From an uncultured bacterium (GTDB lineage: Bacteria > Oederibacteriota > Oederibacteriia > Oederibacteriales > Oederibacteriaceae), in assembly GCA_965112635.1 (NCBI GenBank), contig OZ218778.1:160001-224000 (forward strand): a DNA stretch of 64,000 nucleotides, in the 5' to 3' direction. Positions 37,856 through 48,727 of the stretch are shown here, in pieces; positions within the stretch are counted from its first letter, which is position 1; every line of letters starts with the position of its first letter. The notes under the pieces were generated by a model. The model had not been told where the DNA came from and did no database searches. It saw only the letters and a program-made list of their open reading frames with translations. The translations under genes were made by a program, and so were the position numbers.

Positions 37856-39007
37856 TTAATTTTTGATCTTTACCCAGCGTTTGGTCTTGGCCGAACGCTC
37901 CACAGCTTCCAAAACCTCCTGGCAGGCCACGCCGTCCGCGAAATTGGGCGTCGGCGATTGGTGCTCGCTGAAAGCGTTGAGGACCTCGTAGATCTGGTGC
38001 ACGAACCCGTGCTCGTAACCTAGGATGTGCCCTGCCGGCCACCAGTGTCCGGCATAGGGGTGGTCGCCTTCGGTCGCCAGGATGTCCTTGAAACCCTGCT
38101 CCCGGCCCGGCTGGGTGCGGTCGTAGAATTTCAGGCGGTTCATATCCTCGAAGTTGAACACCAGGCTGCCCTTGGAGCCATTGATCTCGAACCCGTTGAA
38201 ATTCTTCCGGCCCGTGGCAAAACGGCTGGCCTCAAAAGAGCCCACCACCCCGTTCTTGAACCTGGCCAGGAACACGGCCGTGTCGTCCACCGTGACCTTG
38301 GCCTTGCCCTTGCCGGCCCTGGCGACCAGGCCGTCCATGGAGGCCGGGACGCTGCGTTCCTTGATAAAGGTCTCGGTCATGCCGCAAACTTCGCCGATGT
38401 CGCCCACCAAAAACCTGGCCATGTCGATGGAGTGCGCCGCGATGTCGCCCAGGGCCCCGGAGCCGCTGAGCTTCTTGTCCAGTCTCCAGACCATGGGGAA
38501 CTTGGGGTCCACGATCCAGTCCTGCAAATAGACCGAGCGCCAGTGGAACAGCCTGCCCATTTTTCCCTGCTCAACGAACTGTTTGGCCAGGCTCACTGCC
38601 GGAGAAAAGCGGTAGTTAAAGATGATGGCGTGCTGGACCTTGGCTTTTTTTGCGGCCACCAGCATGGCTTTGGCTTCCGCCAGCGTATTGGCCAGGGGTT
38701 TTTCGCAAAGGACCTGCTTGCCCGCCTTGATGGCTTCCATGACCATGGGATAGTGCATGTCCCCGGACGCGACCACGTCCACCATGTCGATGTCGGACCT
38801 GCGCACGGTCTCTTTCCAGTCTGTGGAAACCTCCTGCCAGCCGAAACGCCGGGCCAGCTCCGCAGCTCCGGCGTAGTTCCTGCCGCACACCACGGCCATC
38901 ACGGGCATGGCCTTGGGGTCAAAGAACTGCGGGATGCGGGAGTAGGCGTTGCTGTGCGCCTTTCCCATGAATTTATACCCCAGCATGGCTATCCTGATCT
39001 CTTTCAT
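37856..39007 (-). CDS. Gfo/Idh/MocA oxidoreductase (levoglucosan dehydrogenase-like subfamily)
   Basis: GYKFMGKAHS, CEKPLA, FNYRFSPA, YLQDW, GSGALGDIAAH. Confidence 0.92.
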   Translation of the reverse strand: MKEIRIAMLGYKFMGKAHSNAYSRIPQFFDPKAMPVMAVVCGRNYAGAAELARRFGWQEVSTDWKETVRRSDIDMVDVVASGDMHYPMVMEAIKAGKQVLCEKPLANTLAEAKAMLVAAKKAKVQHAIIFNYRFSPAVSLAKQFVEQGKMGRLFHWRSVYLQDWIVDPKFPMVWRLDKKLSGSGALGDIAAHSIDMARFLVGDIGEVCGMTETFIKERSVPASMDGLVARAGKGKAKVTVDDTAVFLARFKNGVVGSFEASRFATGRKNFNGFEINGSKGSLVFNFEDMNRLKFYDRTQPGREQGFKDILATEGDHPYAGHWWPAGHILGYEHGFVHQIYEVLNAFSEHQSPTPNFADGVACQEVLEAVERSAKTKRWVKIKN

Positions 39008-39039
39008 ACAACCCCTCCTTTTATCCTAAAATGATGACT

Positions 39040-40056
39040 TTAACCGTTTTTCCTTGCGGGCAAAGGCTTTCCGTAAAGCTTTTCCGACCACTTGCTGAAC
39101 GCGTCGTACATATAGGGTTTGACAGTAGGGTCATTCACGCCGATGGCCTCGCCGTCCCCGTAATCGCTGAACACAAACCCTCCCTGGGGAGAGGCCCAGT
39201 GGGTCATCAGGTCGGCCGCATCCGCGTCGATCTTTTTCCTGTCTCCCGTGGGCAGGGTCGCCTGGATGTCGGCCAGGCTGTGGAAAGCGATGCGTCCGCG
39301 GTACCTCCGGCCTATCTCCTCGATGCCCAGGGCGCGCGGCTGCTGGAGGTTGACGCTGTTGACCCCGGCCTGGATGTAACCTTCGATGAGGTCGTTGATG
39401 CGGCCGCAGGAGTGCAGCCACACGTCCGCCCCTGTCTCGTGCATGGCGTCGAAGATGCGCTTGTAACGGGGCAGGAAAAAATCCATCCAGAGCTTATAAC
39501 TGACAAAGGAGTTCTGCTGGGTGCCCCAGTCGTCGGTCATGTCCCACCCGTTGATGCGGCCCGGGAACCGCCTGGCCGTCTCGCGGACAAAGGTCACGTG
39601 GGCCTCCACGATGCGGTCCGCCAGCTCTTCCATGGCCGGCCTGTCCGCGTAAAGGTCGGCCAGCGTGTTCTCGAAGCCGTGCAAAGAGTGCATCCTCTCA
39701 AAAAGAACCATAAAGATGCTGGCCATCACATATTTATTTTCGGATTCGGCTAGGGCGACCAGGGCGTGGGCCTCGGTAAAGCGGCTTTCTTTTTTGAAAT
39801 TGGGGACGGACAGCTTGTCCATTTTGGAGATATCTGCAAGCGGGTGGTCGGTGACCTGTCCCATGTTGTTGACCTCGGTCCTGCTCCACACGCAGCCCCA
39901 TTCGTCTTCGGCCTGCTTGAGGCCAGGCTCTAGCGGGTTACTGACGGCCCCGAGGACCCCCCGGGCGTCGCTGACCCCCAGGCTGTCCATAAAAACAGGA
40001 AGACGCTCCGGCTTTTCCTGCCGCAGCGCCCGGCGAACGATCTCTTTTGATGTCAT
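39040..40056 (-). CDS. Uroporphyrinogen decarboxylase/MtaA-CmuA family protein
   Basis: DEWGCVW, LFER...L.GFEN, DDWGTQ, LHSCG, DIQATLP. Confidence 0.85.
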   Translation of the reverse strand: MTSKEIVRRALRQEKPERLPVFMDSLGVSDARGVLGAVSNPLEPGLKQAEDEWGCVWSRTEVNNMGQVTDHPLADISKMDKLSVPNFKKESRFTEAHALVALAESENKYVMASIFMVLFERMHSLHGFENTLADLYADRPAMEELADRIVEAHVTFVRETARRFPGRINGWDMTDDWGTQQNSFVSYKLWMDFFLPRYKRIFDAMHETGADVWLHSCGRINDLIEGYIQAGVNSVNLQQPRALGIEEIGRRYRGRIAFHSLADIQATLPTGDRKKIDADAADLMTHWASPQGGFVFSDYGDGEAIGVNDPTVKPYMYDAFSKWSEKLYGKPLPARKNG

Positions 40057-40086
40057 AACCTGTACCCTCCTCTCAGGGAGGATATT

Positions 40087-41157
40087 CTAGTATTTCCCGG
40101 CTTCTTTGACCACATCCATGGTCGCTTTAAAATCCTTGAGGCTGACTAAGGGCGGGATGGAGTGGTCCGTGGCATAGATATAACCGCCATTCTGCTTCAT
40201 GGCCGGCACGATTTTCCGTATCTCCGCCTGCATGGCTTCGGGCCTGTCCCACAAAACCGCGTTGATTCCACCGTGAAAAGTGAGCTTTTGGCCGTATTTT
40301 TGCTTTAAAGCCACCGGGTCCATCCCGGCTTTGACTTCCAGGGGATTGAGCACATCCACCCCCATGGCCACCAGTTCCGGGACAAAGGGGTTCACGTCCC
40401 CGCAGGAATGCAGGAAGACTTTCATTCCCTTTTGGTGCGCCCAGTCAATGGCGCGTTGGTGCACGGGTTTAAGCAATTCGCGGTAGGTCTTGAGGGAAAA
40501 GAACTGGCTCTTTTTGTAGCCCATGTCATCCCACCACCGCATCCCGTCGAACTCATAGCCCGCCTCCAGGATCATCTCAAAAAGTGCGATGTTCATGTCC
40601 AGCTCGTGGTTGAACATCTCCACGCACCACTCCGGCTCCTCCAGCAAAGCCATCAGGAACCGTTCGGTCCCCACAATACCGGCGTGAGTGATGTCAAATC
40701 CGAACCAGAACGCGGCATTGAGCCAGGCCCCGTCCTTCCTCCAGGTTGCATAATTTTCCTGCAGCCTGGCCCAGTCTATCCTGTCCTTGGTGGGAGTGAT
40801 CCTTTTTTTGACCTCTCTCCAGGAGTCCGGGTCCACCACCGTAAATTTCAGAAACTCGGGGGTGGAATCCATATGCGTCCAGGTTTTTTGGGTCGCGCCC
40901 CAGTTGGTGGTATAGATGGTGTATTCCGGGGTTTTTTCTATATCCACTTCGGGAAAGCGGGGGCTCCCATCTACCTTGAACTCTGCGATCTTATCCAGAT
41001 CAAAAAAATCTATCCAGTCCGCGCCCTCAGGCATGCCCTCTTTGACCCATCTTTCCTCTGTGGCCCGCCACGGGTAATCATAGATAGGGACGCGGTCAGC
41101 CTCCTGGTGGTTGATCATCCTGGTCATGCGTTCCTTGGTCGTCATTTTCACAGCCAT
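40087..41157 (-). CDS. Uroporphyrinogen decarboxylase/MtaA-CmuA family protein
   Basis: MTTKERM......DRVP, DDMGYK, LHSCG, NPLEVKAGMD, GGYIYATDHSIP. Confidence 0.87.
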   Translation of the reverse strand: MAVKMTTKERMTRMINHQEADRVPIYDYPWRATEERWVKEGMPEGADWIDFFDLDKIAEFKVDGSPRFPEVDIEKTPEYTIYTTNWGATQKTWTHMDSTPEFLKFTVVDPDSWREVKKRITPTKDRIDWARLQENYATWRKDGAWLNAAFWFGFDITHAGIVGTERFLMALLEEPEWCVEMFNHELDMNIALFEMILEAGYEFDGMRWWDDMGYKKSQFFSLKTYRELLKPVHQRAIDWAHQKGMKVFLHSCGDVNPFVPELVAMGVDVLNPLEVKAGMDPVALKQKYGQKLTFHGGINAVLWDRPEAMQAEIRKIVPAMKQNGGYIYATDHSIPPLVSLKDFKATMDVVKEAGKY

Positions 41158-41176
41158 TTACGAAAACTCCCTTCTG

Positions 41177-42250
41177 CTACCAGCCGAGGACTTTTTCCCA
41201 GCGGCCGCTCTTGGCCGATTTGAGGCAGGTTTCCAAATAAGCCTGGATCTGCGCTCCCCGCACCAGGTCGGGCTGGGGCTGCCGGCCTGTTTGGATGGCC
41301 TTGATGAACCGCTGGTAATTGTTCATGGCGGGTTTGAGCTTTTTGGTCTTCCAAACGAACTTATCCGCGTCCTTGCCCAGGCAGAGCTCCAACTCGTGGT
41401 AACTCTTGTTGAGGTCTATCTTCAAGGCGCCCTTGGTGCCGCTCACTTCGCAGACGAGATGGTTGGCGTGCCCCGTGGTCCAGCGGCTGGTCTGGATGAC
41501 GCCCAGCCCGCCGCGGGTAAACTCCAGCTCAATGACCGCGGTGTCATTGGCGTCCATTTTCCTGCCTTTGTAGGCATTGACCTCTTTGTTGTTCAAAACC
41601 TTGGGAAATGTCCTTAAATTGCACCGTATCCTGGCCACATCGCCGGCCACGGCCGTGGTCATATCCAGGATATGACAGCCTATGTCGGCCAGCACCCCGC
41701 CTGACCCTGCGGCGGTCTGCAGTCTCCAAAGCCATCCCTCCGCGGTCCAGTGCCCCCAGCCCTTGCTGGAAAGCCAGCTCTGCAGGTAAAGGGACTGCAC
41801 GTGCCGGACCTGGCCCAGCTGGCCCTTGCGGACCATTTCCGCGGCGGTCCAGATGGCCTGGCTGCTGCGGTAGCTGAAATTGGTCATATGGATCACACCT
41901 TTTTTGGCGGCCTTATCCGCGGCCCGCCTCAGCGTCCGCGCATCTTTTAAGGTAACGGTGATGGGCTTTTCACAGAGCAGGTGTTTGCCCGCCTGCAGGG
42001 CTTTTAAAGCCGGTTCAAAATGGAAACGGTCCGGGGTGACCACGCTCAAAGCGTCAACCCGGCTGAGGAGCTCATCCAGGTTGGAGGCCGGATAGGGTAT
42101 GCCCCATTTCTGAGCAAAAGCGCGGGACCGTTCCTGGTTGATGTCCAGACAGGAGGTCAACTCCACTCCCGGTATATCCTTGAAGTTGTTGGCATGGGTG
42201 CCCCCCATGCCTCCGGTTCCGATGATACCTATCTTGATAGTTTTACTCAT
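41177..42250 (-). CDS. Gfo/Idh/MocA family oxidoreductase (ThuB-like)
   Basis: GIIGTGGMG, CEKP, NFSYR, YLQSW, GVLADIGCH. Confidence 0.92.
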   Translation of the reverse strand: MSKTIKIGIIGTGGMGGTHANNFKDIPGVELTSCLDINQERSRAFAQKWGIPYPASNLDELLSRVDALSVVTPDRFHFEPALKALQAGKHLLCEKPITVTLKDARTLRRAADKAAKKGVIHMTNFSYRSSQAIWTAAEMVRKGQLGQVRHVQSLYLQSWLSSKGWGHWTAEGWLWRLQTAAGSGGVLADIGCHILDMTTAVAGDVARIRCNLRTFPKVLNNKEVNAYKGRKMDANDTAVIELEFTRGGLGVIQTSRWTTGHANHLVCEVSGTKGALKIDLNKSYHELELCLGKDADKFVWKTKKLKPAMNNYQRFIKAIQTGRQPQPDLVRGAQIQAYLETCLKSAKSGRWEKVLGW

Positions 42251-42263
42251 GGTTTCGTTCTCC

Positions 42264-43004
42264 TTAGCGATAACCTTTGATTTTTTCTCTGGTCATTTCT
42301 GGTTTGACCCTGGGACAACTGTCAATCCAACGACTGGTGGTGGGAGCGGCCCATTTGACCGCGTTCTTCAGGATCATCTGGATCTTTTTATTATGGTAGA
42401 TGGGGTAGGTTTCGTGCCCCGGCTGGAAATAAAAGATCTTGCCGTTGCCCCGGAAAAAGCAGCAGCCTGACCTGAACACTTCGCCGCCCTGGAACCAGCT
42501 GACAAAGACCTGCTCGTCCGGGACCGGGATGCCGAAGGGTTCGCCGTACATCTCCTCGTGAGGCAGCTCCACGTAGCGGTCTATCCCCTGAGCTATCGGA
42601 TGCCCCGGCTGGGTCACCCAAAGCCGCGCCTTTTCGCCGGCCTCGCGCCAGCACAGGGAGCAGGTGGTGCCCATAAGCTTCTTGAATATCTTGGAGTAAT
42701 GCCCGCTGTGCAGGACGATAAGGCCCATGCCTTCCAGTACTCTAGTGTGTACCCTGTCCACGATCTCGTCGCGGACCCGGTCATGGGCCATGTGGCCCCA
42801 CCATAACAGCACGTCGGTCTTGTCCAAAACTTCCCTGGTCAGCCCGTGCTCCGGCTGTTCCAGCCAGGCCGTCCCCGCCTTGATGCCCTTATCGGTGTTG
42901 AGCGCTTGGGCAACGCACCCGTGGATGCCTTTGGGATAGATCTTCGCGATCTTGGCATTTGATTTTTCGTGCAAAAATTCGTTCCATACCAGAGCTTTGA
43001 TCAT
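42264..43004 (-). CDS. thuA: Trehalose utilization protein ThuA
   Basis: [45 protein letters not shown]. Confidence 0.9.
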   Translation of the reverse strand: MIKALVWNEFLHEKSNAKIAKIYPKGIHGCVAQALNTDKGIKAGTAWLEQPEHGLTREVLDKTDVLLWWGHMAHDRVRDEIVDRVHTRVLEGMGLIVLHSGHYSKIFKKLMGTTCSLCWREAGEKARLWVTQPGHPIAQGIDRYVELPHEEMYGEPFGIPVPDEQVFVSWFQGGEVFRSGCCFFRGNGKIFYFQPGHETYPIYHNKKIQMILKNAVKWAAPTTSRWIDSCPRVKPEMTREKIKGYR

Positions 43005-43087
43005 GGATGAGTCCTCCTGGATATAAGATTTTGATGTAAAAGTTTAACCTATTGAATACCCAAAGCCAATTCTTTAAAATAGCCGGG

Positions 43088-43996
43088 ATGAACAAAAGTA
43101 TGCCTGTTTTTAACATTGAAAAACTAGCCTTCGACTTCCACTGGAAGGGCAACGTGGGGCTGGCCATCTACCCCGCGGGCACGAGCCTGGGGCCCCGGAC
43201 CATGGAGGACTATGAGTTCGTCTGGGTCATCGACGGGTCCGCGGACTGGGAATGCAATGGCCGGGTCATCCCGGCCCCGGCCGGCAGCATCATCCTGTCC
43301 CGGCCCGGCATGCGCGAAACCTACCGCTGGCACCCTCTGCAGCAGTCCCGGCACGCCTTTTTTCACTTCCAGATGCACCGTGCAGGCGTGAAACTGCCCC
43401 CGGAAAACTCCTGGCCCCTCATCCAGTACATGCCCGAAGGCGACATCATCCGGCCCTTGTTCCGCTACCTGGCCTGCCTTTTGGACGAGCGCCAGCCCGG
43501 CTGGGAAGAAGCTTCCCAGGGAGCGGCCCGCCAGATCTTCACGGCTTTTTTGACCGGACGCTTCCACACCAAGGGTGAGGGCAACCTCAAGCTGCCCCCT
43601 CCGGTGGAAAAAGTATTCAGCTATGTCCAGCAAAAATGGCTCAAGGATACCAGCTCCAACCCTACCCTGAACGAAATGGCCAAAGTGGCCTCGGTCTCGG
43701 TCATGCATTTATCCCGCCTGTTCCACCAGGCCGTGGGTTATAGCCCCAAAAAAGCGATTTTCCTCCTGAGGCTGGACCGCGCCGCCTCGCTCCTGACCCG
43801 GAGCAATTTCAACATCAAGCAGGTGTCTGAGATGACGGGATTCCAGAGCCAGTTCCATTTTTCCCGCAGTTTCAAAAGAGTCTACGGCATGTCTCCGTGG
43901 GATTTCAAAAAAGGGTTACTGAAGGGAAAGATCAACGCCAAACCCGCCTCGCGCCTGACCCAGCTAAGAAGCATGTCCCATATTTTATGGGACTAA
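43088..43996 (+). CDS. AraC family transcriptional regulator (divergent from the thuA operon)
   Basis: N-terminal cupin; C-terminal HLSRLF...GF.SQFHFSRSFKRVYG.SP. Confidence 0.9.
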   Translation: MNKSMPVFNIEKLAFDFHWKGNVGLAIYPAGTSLGPRTMEDYEFVWVIDGSADWECNGRVIPAPAGSIILSRPGMRETYRWHPLQQSRHAFFHFQMHRAGVKLPPENSWPLIQYMPEGDIIRPLFRYLACLLDERQPGWEEASQGAARQIFTAFLTGRFHTKGEGNLKLPPPVEKVFSYVQQKWLKDTSSNPTLNEMAKVASVSVMHLSRLFHQAVGYSPKKAIFLLRLDRAASLLTRSNFNIKQVSEMTGFQSQFHFSRSFKRVYGMSPWDFKKGLLKGKINAKPASRLTQLRSMSHILWD

Positions 43997-44123
43997 TTGC
44001 AATTTTTTGACACTAGAGCTCAAATATTTCCACCAGGCCTAAGGGACCGCAGAAACCTAGAAATACCTCTGCAAAATTATCGTGATAAAATAAGGCCAGC
44101 AAAACATAAAAGAAAGAAGAAGC

Positions 44124-47100
44124 ATGCACAGAATTAAAGCAAAACTTCTTTTGCTTCTATGGCTGATCCCAGGGTTTTTATTCGTAGCGGATTCCCAGGC
44201 TATCGATCAATTCGTGGTTTGGCAATGCGGACGATACACCGCGCCCAGCCGGGGCTGTATTTACCTCTATCCCTGCGTGAATAACACAGCGATAAACCTT
44301 TATGGTTCGCAGATTTCTGACACCAACATCACCACCCAGAACGCCTGGGTGGGAAATTTCGCGAACGCCGGGAACCTGGGAGGCCAGCCGTGGAATCCTG
44401 TCTGTAATTTCGGCCCTGACTATTATTTTTATGCCAACACTAATTTCCCTTTCCCTTGGGAGATCGATAACGTTCCTGATGGCACTAACAGTGACTATGG
44501 GGTCTGGCTGATGTCCCCCAACGGGTCAGGGGTCGGAAATGTTTTTTTTACCCACCTTAATTGCAATGGCGGTGACGCTTCGAGCGATCAGACCGGCGAC
44601 GCTGTCTCGGTTTACAATCCCAATGCTTTTGCCGTGCCCGTGGATTTTGCCCGCTGGAACGGCGCCAATTGGGTGACTGAAGTGACCGGGCAGGTTATCC
44701 AGGCCCAAAGTATTTGGATGTCCGGCGGCACCATAGGTTTTGGCGCCACAGGCACGAGACTCCCTGAGGCCGGCGATTTTAGGGTGGTGTGCTGCACCGC
44801 CAACGTGTGCGTTCACAAAGGTTTTATTCAAGCCGCCGACCATGATACTTTTTTTACCAACGCCATTGATGTGAATACTGGTTTAAAGATCGGCACGGAT
44901 ATGATCGGATTAGCTTCCAGCACTCCCCTGTCAGGCGTTGCGGCCCAATCCATCATGATTACCGCCGGCCCGGCTGGCGCCCACTACACGATTTTCCAGT
45001 ATGTGCCCAATGGCCCTGCTCCTGTGGGCAATTTCATGGTCGGCATGACCAATAGCGGCAATTGGATCCAAGCCACCAATCTTCCCGGCAACGCCGGGGT
45101 TCTGGGAGCCAACGGAGTCATTGCTCTGCCCGCCATCAACGGCAATAATAACGCAAACGCTGGCGAGGTGAATAACTTTTACCGAGTCGTGACCGATAAC
45201 CCCGTCCAGGTGGCCATCGGCACAAGCATTCTTTCCTCTTACGGCGCCTCGGATTGGGCCGATAGCTTTGATAATCTGGCCAATCCCCTTCCCATGGGCA
45301 ATAACTTTACCTTCTCTTACTACAATCTTTTTCCGCAATCTGCTGACGGTTCAGACCGTTATGTCACGGCTATTTTCCCGAATGCGGGAACCACGGCCAC
45401 CCTTTCCGGCCCGGCCGGCATCATCACGGGCGTATCCAACAATCCCCCCGGCACGATCGCTCCCATCGCGGCAACGAACAGCCGGGCCCAGACCAGTGCC
45501 GCGCCTTATGAGGCAAAAGTCTGGCAACTGAACAGCTTTACAGCCGGCCTGGTCACCCTCAATTTAAACGTGAACAGCGGCGGCCCCGTTTTCTTTAATA
45601 TTTCAGGGGATGTGAACGAAAACAGCGAAGAACGAACCGTGGAAGGCATGATGAACCCCGGGGGTCCCAATTTAACCGTCACATGCCCCAACACTCCGAC
45701 CGTCACCTCTACCCCCACGATCACCTGGACCCCGAACCCCTGTCCTGTCGAGCGCATCTATGCCGGTGCCACAAATTACACGGACACCTCCGGTAACGTA
45801 TGGCAGGCTTTTCAAAATTACTCCGCGGGTGGTTATGGGTTCGTGGGCGCAGGCGACCAACTCACCGGCTCAAATATTCTGGGAACCAACGATTCTGCGT
45901 TGTACCAAAATTCAGCCATCAGTTCTTCTTTTCAATGCATTTTTACACTGCCGGATGGGAACTATGAGCTCACCATGAAATTCGCCGAGTGCTGGCTTGG
46001 AGCCACGATCGGCACCAGAGTTTTCACGGTCACAGCGAACGGGACCCCGATCGCCACCAACCTTGATGTTTATGCCACCGTGGGGGACTTCTATGCCTAC
46101 GACGTGAATAGTGTTGTGACTGTTGCGGGCGGCCTGCTGACGCTTGATTTTACGGCCAGCTCCAATAACGCCATAGTCAGCGCCATACAAGTTCAATCGC
46201 TGTCCTGTTCCACTTCTACACCCACAGTAACCCCGACCGTTTCACCGACGGCTTCATTGACCTGTACCTCCACCAACTCGCCTACCTCCTCAGCGACACC
46301 GACGGCCTCACCAACGGCGACCATAACAAGCACGGCTACGGCTTCTCCCACTGCCTCTAATACGGGTACCGTAACTTCCACGGCCACCCCGACCGCCACG
46401 GACACCTGGATGGCCAGCCCGACCTTTTCCAATACCGCCACCGCAACAGCCACTCTGTCCCAGACCAGCACGCCCACTATATCCAACACGGCCAGCTCCA
46501 CCGCAACAACAACTTTTACATTTACCATAACCCTGACCAGCACTATTACCTGGACCCCATCCCTGACCTTAACTCCTTCCATAACCTGGACCCCGTCCAA
46601 AACTCCTACCCAGACTAATACGGCCACTGTGACCGCCACCAATACCCCTGTGATGACCAACCTGGAGCTCAAGGTCTACAATGAGGCCGGTGAAGTGGTC
46701 AAAACCTTCAGTAATGTCCTTGTCTTGGGTGGGTTTAGCGGTATCCAGCTTTCCTCAGGCAGCGGCTCTACCATCTTTGACCCCAACTCCGGCCTCTTTG
46801 ATATCGAGATCAAGAGCGCTGGCATCATCTACCACGTCCCCTGGGACGGCAAAAGCGACCTGGGCTACCTTGTGGACAGCGGGCAATATGTGCTCAAAGC
46901 CGATATCCCCGGCCTGCAAGGCAATACGGTCGTCATGCCCCTGACCGTGCTCAAGTCAGGAGACCTTTTGACCGTCAGTATCTACACCACCAGCGGAGAG
47001 TTGGTCAAACAGCTTTACCAGAGCTATTTCGTCCAGGGACAATTGGGAAGCATGAAGTTGACCAGTAATTTACTGCAGATAAGCAATCAACCCACAGGGA

Positions 47101-47606
47101 CAACCACGATCGGGATAAACATCTTTTCCTCCACAGGTCAGTTAATGGCAGATGGGCTAGGCTCCTTGAACCAAGCCCGCCTGACCTGGGACGGCACCAC
47201 GGCCTTGGGCAATTATGTGCAAAGCGGAGAGTATTTGATCAAAATAGATCAGACCTACAACCACCAGCACGATGTGCTGGTGCAAAGTGTGACCGTGTTA
47301 AGCTCCAATTTAAGCGGGTTTATGGACGCTTCGGTCTACCCCAACCCGTACCTCTCCACCCCAGACCACAAGGTATGGTTCAAGGTCGCTTTGCAGGACC
47401 AATCCAGCCTGACCGTGAGAATTTATGATGTGGTGGGAGAGCTGGTGAACACCCTCAGCTTGCCCGCAGCCGGGCCTGGCATTGCCACCCTGGGTTGGGA
47501 TGTCAATAATACTGCGGCCGGTCTTTATGTGGGAATTGTAGAAGCCGCTTCACAGGTCAGCGGTCAAACACAGAAAAAACCTTTGAAAATATCAGTTATA
47601 AAGTAG
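44124..47606 (+). CDS. Large secreted protein: unknown N-domain + malectin + Thr-rich linker + FlgD-like Ig domains + T9SS-like CTD (subtype b)
   Basis: Signal peptide; malectin motif (YTDTSGNVW, LPDGNYE...KFAE, RVF.V..NG, VSAIQV); WDGK......SGQY repeats; VYPNP CTD. Confidence 0.85.
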   Translation: MHRIKAKLLLLLWLIPGFLFVADSQAIDQFVVWQCGRYTAPSRGCIYLYPCVNNTAINLYGSQISDTNITTQNAWVGNFANAGNLGGQPWNPVCNFGPDYYFYANTNFPFPWEIDNVPDGTNSDYGVWLMSPNGSGVGNVFFTHLNCNGGDASSDQTGDAVSVYNPNAFAVPVDFARWNGANWVTEVTGQVIQAQSIWMSGGTIGFGATGTRLPEAGDFRVVCCTANVCVHKGFIQAADHDTFFTNAIDVNTGLKIGTDMIGLASSTPLSGVAAQSIMITAGPAGAHYTIFQYVPNGPAPVGNFMVGMTNSGNWIQATNLPGNAGVLGANGVIALPAINGNNNANAGEVNNFYRVVTDNPVQVAIGTSILSSYGASDWADSFDNLANPLPMGNNFTFSYYNLFPQSADGSDRYVTAIFPNAGTTATLSGPAGIITGVSNNPPGTIAPIAATNSRAQTSAAPYEAKVWQLNSFTAGLVTLNLNVNSGGPVFFNISGDVNENSEERTVEGMMNPGGPNLTVTCPNTPTVTSTPTITWTPNPCPVERIYAGATNYTDTSGNVWQAFQNYSAGGYGFVGAGDQLTGSNILGTNDSALYQNSAISSSFQCIFTLPDGNYELTMKFAECWLGATIGTRVFTVTANGTPIATNLDVYATVGDFYAYDVNSVVTVAGGLLTLDFTASSNNAIVSAIQVQSLSCSTSTPTVTPTVSPTASLTCTSTNSPTSSATPTASPTATITSTATASPTASNTGTVTSTATPTATDTWMASPTFSNTATATATLSQTSTPTISNTASSTATTTFTFTITLTSTITWTPSLTLTPSITWTPSKTPTQTNTATVTATNTPVMTNLELKVYNEAGEVVKTFSNVLVLGGFSGIQLSSGSGSTIFDPNSGLFDIEIKSAGIIYHVPWDGKSDLGYLVDSGQYVLKADIPGLQGNTVVMPLTVLKSGDLLTVSIYTTSGELVKQLYQSYFVQGQLGSMKLTSNLLQISNQPTGTTTIGINIFSSTGQLMADGLGSLNQARLTWDGTTALGNYVQSGEYLIKIDQTYNHQHDVLVQSVTVLSSNLSGFMDASVYPNPYLSTPDHKVWFKVALQDQSSLTVRIYDVVGELVNTLSLPAAGPGIATLGWDVNNTAAGLYVGIVEAASQVSGQTQKKPLKISVIK

Positions 47607-47647
47607 GTTGCTTACCAGGAAAACTGCAGATTCCATTACCCGCCTAG

Positions 47648-48541
47648 TTAAACCAAATGGACAGAACGTTCGCGGTAGGCTTTGGGAGAGAGCCCGTAAA
47701 CTTTGACGAATGTTCGGTGGAAATGGCTCTCATCCCCGAACCCCCAGTTCCCGGCCACCGCCTTGACCGGGACATCGGATTGCCGAAGTTCCGTGGCGGC
47801 GCCTTGGAGCCTGTACTGCAAACCGAACTGTCCAAAACTCATATTCATAAGACTATGGAACCGTTTGCAAAAGATCGACCTGGGCATGCGGCAGACTTTG
47901 GCCCCATCTTGCACATTGATCTTCCCGTGGCTATTGAACACCATTTCTATCGCAGGATTGATACGGTCAAGTTCATCATGGGCCTTCTCATTCTCATCGG
48001 ATGGCCTGCGCCAGTCCTTGAGGATGGTCAGAAGCAACTCGAGGCTCAGCAACCGCACCATGGCCATGGTGTGTCCGCTGGGAGGATTCACCCATGTCTT
48101 ATAAGTGGCTATCCGCCTCCCCAGATCGATGATTTCCTGTCTTTTTTGGTTATCCTTCACGCTCACCTGCGGGCGCTGGTGGGGCGGGACAAAAAAGGGG
48201 GCCAGCAGGTTCAAATGGGGCATCTCGGGAAAACGCGTTCTCGCGAGCAAGGGAGGATAGAAAAAAATCACCAGCCCGTCAGCCGGGGTTTCAATTTTTT
48301 TATTGCCATGAGGCTCCCACATGCTGGCCAGCCACACTTGTCCCGGCCCGACCGTGATCTCGCTATCTTCATAGAGTGCTTTTAACTTGCCGGAGAATAA
48401 CACCCCTATTTCCAATTCATAATGCCGGTCGTTCAAGGGTGCCACGGGATCAAAATTACTGGTAAAAAGTGGCTTCGCTTCAGATAGATTAAAGAACGAA
48501 GGATAGAATGTTTTGAAATTGGTCAGAATATTCTTGGCCAT
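47648..48541 (-). CDS. AraC family transcriptional regulator
   Basis: HYELEIG...WEPHG cupin; RLQGA..L......VK.VA..WGF.DESHFHRTF..YG.SP. Confidence 0.9.
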   Translation of the reverse strand: MAKNILTNFKTFYPSFFNLSEAKPLFTSNFDPVAPLNDRHYELEIGVLFSGKLKALYEDSEITVGPGQVWLASMWEPHGNKKIETPADGLVIFFYPPLLARTRFPEMPHLNLLAPFFVPPHQRPQVSVKDNQKRQEIIDLGRRIATYKTWVNPPSGHTMAMVRLLSLELLLTILKDWRRPSDENEKAHDELDRINPAIEMVFNSHGKINVQDGAKVCRMPRSIFCKRFHSLMNMSFGQFGLQYRLQGAATELRQSDVPVKAVAGNWGFGDESHFHRTFVKVYGLSPKAYRERSVHLV

Positions 48542-48727
48542 CTTTAATTTCCTCAATAATCCCCTTATTTCCTGCGTCTAAATTATAACCTACAGGACCG
48601 TTCTTCCAGAGACGAATCTGCAAAGATTGTTGTCCAGTTCTGCAACACTCTGATTGGTTATTTCCCAGAATAAGTTGTCTAATTAAATAAAGAAACGCTC
48701 AAAGCTAACCAAAAGGGCCGGCAGATC

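Noticed and set aside
39040-41157. hemE (true uroporphyrinogen decarboxylase)
   Set aside because: Lacks the HemE RQAGR motif; carries the HxC metal motif and sits in a sugar operon
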